Source: Bacteriovoracaceae bacterium (GTDB lineage Bacteria > Bdellovibrionota > Bacteriovoracia > Bacteriovoracales > Bacteriovoracaceae). Taken from it: a stretch of 19,966 nucleotides of DNA. The notes beneath the pieces were generated by a model. It was not told where the DNA came from. It saw only the letters and a list, made by a program, of their open reading frames with translations, and ran no database searches. Of this stretch, positions 15,799 through 19,966 are shown in pieces; positions within the stretch are counted from its first letter, which is position 1, and each line of letters begins with the position of its first letter. The DNA lies in NCBI GenBank assembly GCA_041586955.1, contig JBFGZE010000064.1:1-19966 (forward strand), in the 5' to 3' direction. A program made the position numbers and the translations under genes.

Positions 15799-15801
15799 AT
15801 A
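15784..15801. repeat. 18-bp perfect palindrome spanning the overlapping 3' ends of two convergent genes
   Basis: TATTTAATGCATTAAATA is its own reverse complement. Confidence 0.9.
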
Positions 15802-16899
15802 AAGGCGGTGGCGAGAAGAAATGAACGCCAATTCATCATTCTTTTGGACTAATTCTCCAAAAACAGCGGAATGAGCATGCCCTAAGAATTTTTGTTCAAT
15901 GATTTTTTTCTTTTTAGGGGAAAAAACAAATAAATGGCCATCGAGGGAAGAGACCACCATTTCCCCTTTGTAGGAAACAATGGAACTAAGACCTTTTTTG
16001 GCCATGGGATAGCGACCTATTTCTTCATAATTAGCATCCATCACAACGAGGTCACCACTTAAAGTACCGACATAGATATGGCCTTGACGGATAAAAGGGG
16101 CCCTTGAGGGGGCCATTTCAAAGCGCCTAAGAACCTGTCCATTTTGTGGATTCACAACAACCATGGGCCCTGTGACAGAACCTGCAATGATATTACCACG
16201 ATGCCACACAGGGGTGGTATCCACATCACGGAATTTAATTGCCGTCCCTATCTGGCGTTCCCACTGAAGCATCCCCTCTTCTAAAGAGAGAGATACCAAA
16301 GCACCATCGGCAAATCCTACATAAACGCGATTGTCTTTAACCAGTGGCCGCGACACCCTTTGGATCGTGGTTAAAAAAGGGACTGAGCGTTTATAGGCCC
16401 ATAAAATTTTCCCTGTCACTACATCGAGACAATAAACTTTATGATTACGTAAATGAATTAAAAGCCTATCTTGCGCGACAAGAGGCTTGGCCTCAATAGA
16501 AGATCCGACATCAACTTCATAGATTTTTTTACCAGAATAAACGTCGCGGGCCAATAAGCGGCCTTCACCTGTCCCGTAAATAATAGTTTCTTTATGAAAG
16601 GTCGGGGCAGCGTGATGAACGCCAAGATCTTTCTTTTGCCAAATTAAGCGGCCATTTTCGAGATCCCATGCCGAGAAATTCCCCATCCCATCGGCCGCAT
16701 AGACCATGCCAAAACCAATGACAGGAGAATTAAGGGCGATTGGTAAATTGCCACTATCGTAAATGGGATCAAGGTTTTTCGTCCATTTGGTAAAAAACCA
16801 TTCTTTATTCTTTTCTGGGGCCTTAGGGCGAAAGCTCTCAGGCAGAGAAGAACAACTTGTTATCATCAATATCGCCAATAAGGCCAAAATCCGCATCAT
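15787..16899 (-). CDS. bamB: Outer membrane protein assembly factor BamB-like PQQ beta-propeller lipoprotein
   Basis: Start at ATG 16899 (AAGGA RBS; MMRILALLAILMITS|C lipobox). Repeated A.D...G...W propeller motifs (AWDLENGRLIW, CLDVVTGKILW, LSLEEGMLQW). Directly downstream of a YfgM-like gene. Confidence 0.8.
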   Translation of the reverse strand: MMRILALLAILMITSCSSLPESFRPKAPEKNKEWFFTKWTKNLDPIYDSGNLPIALNSPVIGFGMVYAADGMGNFSAWDLENGRLIWQKKDLGVHHAAPTFHKETIIYGTGEGRLLARDVYSGKKIYEVDVGSSIEAKPLVAQDRLLIHLRNHKVYCLDVVTGKILWAYKRSVPFLTTIQRVSRPLVKDNRVYVGFADGALVSLSLEEGMLQWERQIGTAIKFRDVDTTPVWHRGNIIAGSVTGPMVVVNPQNGQVLRRFEMAPSRAPFIRQGHIYVGTLSGDLVVMDANYEEIGRYPMAKKGLSSIVSYKGEMVVSSLDGHLFVFSPKKKKIIEQKFLGHAHSAVFGELVQKNDELAFISSRHRLYLMH

Positions 16900-16909
16900 C
16901 GAGGGTCCT

Positions 16910-17587
16910 TTATTTTTGCTTAAGTCCGGTGAGATAAAGTTTTGCCATCTTTTTAAATTCCGGATCAACTCCTTTATCAATGACATACTGGAAATGTTCG
17001 CGCGCTTTGACGGTATTTCCTTTCTTCATATAGAGACGGCCTAAATCCAAATAAATTTTTCCTTCGAATAATTTGGTTTGTGCTTTAATAAGATCAGTTA
17101 GACTGCCAATCGCCTTATCAATTTCCCCATTGTCCTCATAGGCCTGAGATAAACGGCTTTTAATCAAAAAATTAGCATATTGATGATTTGTTCCAGAACC
17201 TAATTCTAAAACTTCAACAGCTTCTTTCACCATTTTCTCGGCAGTCAACTCATCAGCCACTAATAAAGTGGTAGGTAAAAGCCCGGAAAAGCCATTTACA
17301 TCTTTAACCAAATTTTTATAGGCCATGATAACTTCTGGTGCCTTTGCTTTTTTGTCTTGAAAATTTTTAAAAATTCCCGACTCAAAAGTGTTAATTTTCT
17401 CTTGATATTGAGTGTCTTTATTTTGGGATTGGTGCTGATAAACACCTTGTCCGATAATGGCCGCAATAATTAAAATTAAAAGGCCAAATACGAGCCCCTT
17501 ATTACTGGCGATAAATGAACCCATGTTCGTTTCATTGAGTACTGCATCCAATTGTGACTCGGTTGTCGCTGTTTGTTGCGTGGTCAT
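16910..17587 (-). CDS. yfgM: YfgM-like membrane-anchored TPR protein (ancillary SecYEG subunit)
   Basis: Single N-terminal TM helix after FIASNK, followed by TPR-like helices (LDLGRLYMKKGNTVKAREHF). yfgM-bamB synteny; AGGAGG RBS. Confidence 0.72.
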   Translation of the reverse strand: MTTQQTATTESQLDAVLNETNMGSFIASNKGLVFGLLILIIAAIIGQGVYQHQSQNKDTQYQEKINTFESGIFKNFQDKKAKAPEVIMAYKNLVKDVNGFSGLLPTTLLVADELTAEKMVKEAVEVLELGSGTNHQYANFLIKSRLSQAYEDNGEIDKAIGSLTDLIKAQTKLFEGKIYLDLGRLYMKKGNTVKAREHFQYVIDKGVDPEFKKMAKLYLTGLKQK

Positions 17588-17610
17588 AGCTCCTCCTGAT
17601 TGATCTTGTC

Positions 17611-17639
17611 ATTCTAAGAGCGGGTCCAGAAGTTGTCAA
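17611..17639 (-). promoter_or_regulatory. Sigma70 promoter of yfgM-bamB
   Basis: Minus strand TTGACA (17639-17634), 17 nt, TAGAAT (17616-17611). Confidence 0.7.
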
Positions 17640-17699
17640 AAATAGAAGGAATAGTTTAGAATATTAAAAATGGCCACTTTTTTTGACAAGGATAGTTAA

Positions 17700-18179
17700 A
17701 TGCACCGAATCATCAGTTTTTTCTTTATACTCATCATCAGTGGACAAATTGATGCTATGGACCGCCGTGGCCGCCTAGGTATTGGCCTTAATAACCAGCT
17801 CCGGAACGACCTGCCAGCTGTTTCCTTCAAATTACAAAAATCCAAATCCTTTGCTCTTGGTGGCCTTGTTGCCGTCAATAATAATTCCGTGGGCGGTGGC
17901 TTTGGTGCAGGGCTAAAAATTTATCGCAACTTTTTTTCTGAACCCCTCCTCAATTTTTATGGCTCCCTATTAACCGCGATTATAAAAAAGGAATACCCTG
18001 GTGATTCTCAGTCAGGCTTCCAAGTCGATGCGACCATGGGCTCGGAATTCTCCTTCCCCAACCTCGAATCGATTGGTTTTAGCTTTGAATTTGGCCTTTC
18101 ACTCAATAAATTGGATGACTTCATCGTGCAGACCGTCGGCGACCATATCGTCTCCGCTGGCATCCATTTTTATTTGTAG
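17700..18179 (+). CDS. Small outer membrane beta-barrel protein
   Basis: Signal peptide; alternating amphipathic strands; C-terminal beta-signal-like AGIHFYL. Confidence 0.75.
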   Translation: MHRIISFFFILIISGQIDAMDRRGRLGIGLNNQLRNDLPAVSFKLQKSKSFALGGLVAVNNNSVGGGFGAGLKIYRNFFSEPLLNFYGSLLTAIIKKEYPGDSQSGFQVDATMGSEFSFPNLESIGFSFEFGLSLNKLDDFIVQTVGDHIVSAGIHFYL

Positions 18180-18188
18180 GTTTCTTTC

Positions 18189-18980
18189 ATGCTGAAAACG
18201 CTTAATGGTTTTATTATTCTTCTTTTCTTGCTGCCCAGTGTGATTTTTGGCCAATATAACCATGACCCCTTTTCTATCGATGATGACGATCTTAATTTAG
18301 GATCTGATATTTTTTCTGATTTCAGCGAAGATCTTGATCAGGCCAATGTCGTAGAAGATGAACGTTTTTTCCGTCATGGCCGTTTTTTTAGCTTTCAAAT
18401 TGCCATTGGTACCACCACCTTTACCGGCAACCGGGGTAGCGCTTATGAAGACGACTTACCGGCCTACGGCATGGGCATCAATTATTTTCAAGATTTTAAT
18501 AATTCTTTTGGCCTAGGTTTTGAGTTTTCAAAGCATCATTTTTTTCTAGATGAGGCGGTTAATGCCTATAGTGATGGAGAGGGCGGTGGTGTCGGCCTAG
18601 TCGATGTTAGTATGCTGCGAGTCTATTTTTCCTATCGCTATTATATTGAGACCACTGACCTTGGGACGGCGATCACATGGTCCAACCCCTATCTGACTGG
18701 CCGTTTAGAATATTGGTATAACACCACTAAATTCTATGACCGCGCGGACTTACCCGATGACTCCGGAGGTGGCCTAGGCCTAGCTCTTGGGGGCGGTCTG
18801 GAGTTTCCGATCAAGCTCAAAGAATATTACGTCGGAGTCGAAGCACTTTACCACCAAGTCAATTTTCACGATAAGTATACACAAGCCTACGCACCGACCA
18901 AAAATGGCAGTGGTTTTGGCTTTGATGATATGACAGGGAAGGTTGTCACCTTAATGGTGAGCTACGTTCTTAATTGGTAA
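18189..18980 (+). CDS. Outer membrane beta-barrel protein with an acidic N-terminal extension
   Basis: Signal peptide; Asp-rich segment; amphipathic strands (GLGLALGGGLEFP, YVGVEALYH); terminal VSYVLNW. Confidence 0.78.
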   Translation: MLKTLNGFIILLFLLPSVIFGQYNHDPFSIDDDDLNLGSDIFSDFSEDLDQANVVEDERFFRHGRFFSFQIAIGTTTFTGNRGSAYEDDLPAYGMGINYFQDFNNSFGLGFEFSKHHFFLDEAVNAYSDGEGGGVGLVDVSMLRVYFSYRYYIETTDLGTAITWSNPYLTGRLEYWYNTTKFYDRADLPDDSGGGLGLALGGGLEFPIKLKEYYVGVEALYHQVNFHDKYTQAYAPTKNGSGFGFDDMTGKVVTLMVSYVLNW

Positions 18981-19224
18981 AATTTAATTTTTTTTTAAAA
19001 CACCTCCAAAAAAATCATACCAAAAAGGTATTATTTAAATGAAGTTTCTTTGGACTAATATCACAGCAAAAAACATTGAATAATCCCCAAATTGCCTTCG
19101 TTCTTAGGCAACTTTTTTTACCAAAATCTTAGGCCCATTTCTAATTCACTGATTATACGTTGGCCAAAAAACCTATATTAAAATAACTCTACAGGCCCAT
19201 TACCTTTTAACCGAAAAGAGTGAC

Positions 19225-19966
19225 ATGGAACTATATAGTATTTTAATTCAGTCATTTGTTTTAATAACACTTGTCTTATTTAGTGCCTGTAAAAATAAAG
19301 TCAATATCCAAATAAAACGCGGGCCCACAAACACGCCCGCCTCTAGGGCCAATATTAGCTCCATTAATATTGCCAACGACCAAGTTGTTCTTATTGGCAC
19401 AAATCTCAACCATGTCACCAATGTGCGAGTAACTGGTGCCAACTCTTTTGATGAAACATTTACCATTGATGCCGCTTCCAATAATACCACCCTTTACGCC
19501 AATGCTTCCAATGCCATTAATGTTTTGGCCGAGGGACTGTTTGATTTAATCATTACCGATGCCCATGGGGCGGCGACTTTTCCAATAAATATTTCTGTCA
19601 CCGATGGTACCGTGACCGCAGCGAAACTTTCCACCGCTGGAGCAAGCTCAGGTGATATCTATCAATTTAATGGCGTCAATTGGCAATTAACCAATCTTAA
19701 TGGCGCTAGTATTTTGGGAACCTGGGATGCTAATGCCAATAACCCTATTTTGACCGATGCCTCTGGAAATTGTGATGGGAATAGCAACGGCGAGTATTAT
19801 ATTGTCTCCGTTGCAGGGACAACCAATATCGATGGGGTTAACACCTGGAATGCTGGTGATTGGATCTTTTGTCATAATAGCGGTGCTTGGGAGCGAATAC
19901 AAAACGGTGGTGCTGTTAGCCTATTTAATGATCTCGCCGATGTTGATACAGTGAGCTCCACTCCCA
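19225..19966 (+). CDS. Fibre/adhesin-like lipoprotein with phage tail-fibre-type motifs; 3'-truncated and not in the supplied ORF track
   Basis: Open from ATG 19225 to the window end: MELYSILIQSFVLITLVLFSA|CKNK..., an Ig-like beta region, then VTDGTVTAAKL, GDIYQFNGVNW, GTWDANANNP, GEYYIVSVAGTTNIDGVNTWNAGDWI and FNDLADVD. Confidence 0.8.
   Translation, partial: MELYSILIQSFVLITLVLFSACKNKVNIQIKRGPTNTPASRANISSINIANDQVVLIGTNLNHVTNVRVTGANSFDETFTIDAASNNTTLYANASNAINVLAEGLFDLIITDAHGAATFPINISVTDGTVTAAKLSTAGASSGDIYQFNGVNWQLTNLNGASILGTWDANANNPILTDASGNCDGNSNGEYYIVSVAGTTNIDGVNTWNAGDWIFCHNSGAWERIQNGGAVSLFNDLADVDTVSSTP

Noticed and set aside
3470..16986. Longest-ORF starts at 3470, 11398, 13612 and 16986
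   Set aside because: Downstream ATGs at 3524, 11446, 13666 and 16899 have better RBSs, translational coupling, or restore a proper N-terminal motif or signal peptide.
18981..19224. 244-bp AT-rich intergenic region as an ncRNA, riboswitch or CRISPR array
   Set aside because: No repeats, stable stems or recognisable RNA motif. A possible sigma28-like element (TACAG...ACCGAAAA) has off-consensus spacing.
14673..19954. Short ORFs 14673-14858, 15200-15442, 16763-17044, 17696-17878, 18001-18195, 19248-19490, 19687-19902 and 19757-19954
   Set aside because: Antisense or off-frame shadows; the last three lie within the real ORF starting at 19225.

Overview
Gene-dense, AT-rich bacterial chromosomal segment. 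It is most consistent with a predatory Bdellovibrionota/Bacteriovoracia-type genome; this is inferred from pilin-like and phage-fibre-like secreted proteins and many orphan lipoproteins and beta-barrels. The flanks are ordinary: a 5'-truncated Zn/Mn ABC permease on the left; an EEP nuclease/phosphatase, lipoproteins, yfgM-bamB, two outer-membrane beta-barrels and a 3'-truncated fibre-like lipoprotein (absent from the ORF track) on the right. The centre (~0.7-13.0 kb) is an unusual accessory block. It begins with three phage-tail-fibre-related genes: a gp34-like module with a twin-arginine-like leader, a type IV pilin fused to an S74 intramolecular chaperone, and a peptidase-G2-like chaperone protein. 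A small Cys-rich repeat protein follows. Next is a 10-gene cluster with seven radical SAM-family genes (six with an intact CxxxCxxC, one that has lost it), two uncharacterised accessory genes and a 178-aa candidate substrate ending in ...ICHGCHSSRGRR. I recognise no protease, exporter, integrase, capsid gene, RNA gene or CRISPR array. The best hypothesis is a domesticated, phage-derived multi-radical-SAM system that modifies a protein, possibly linked to surface fibres.
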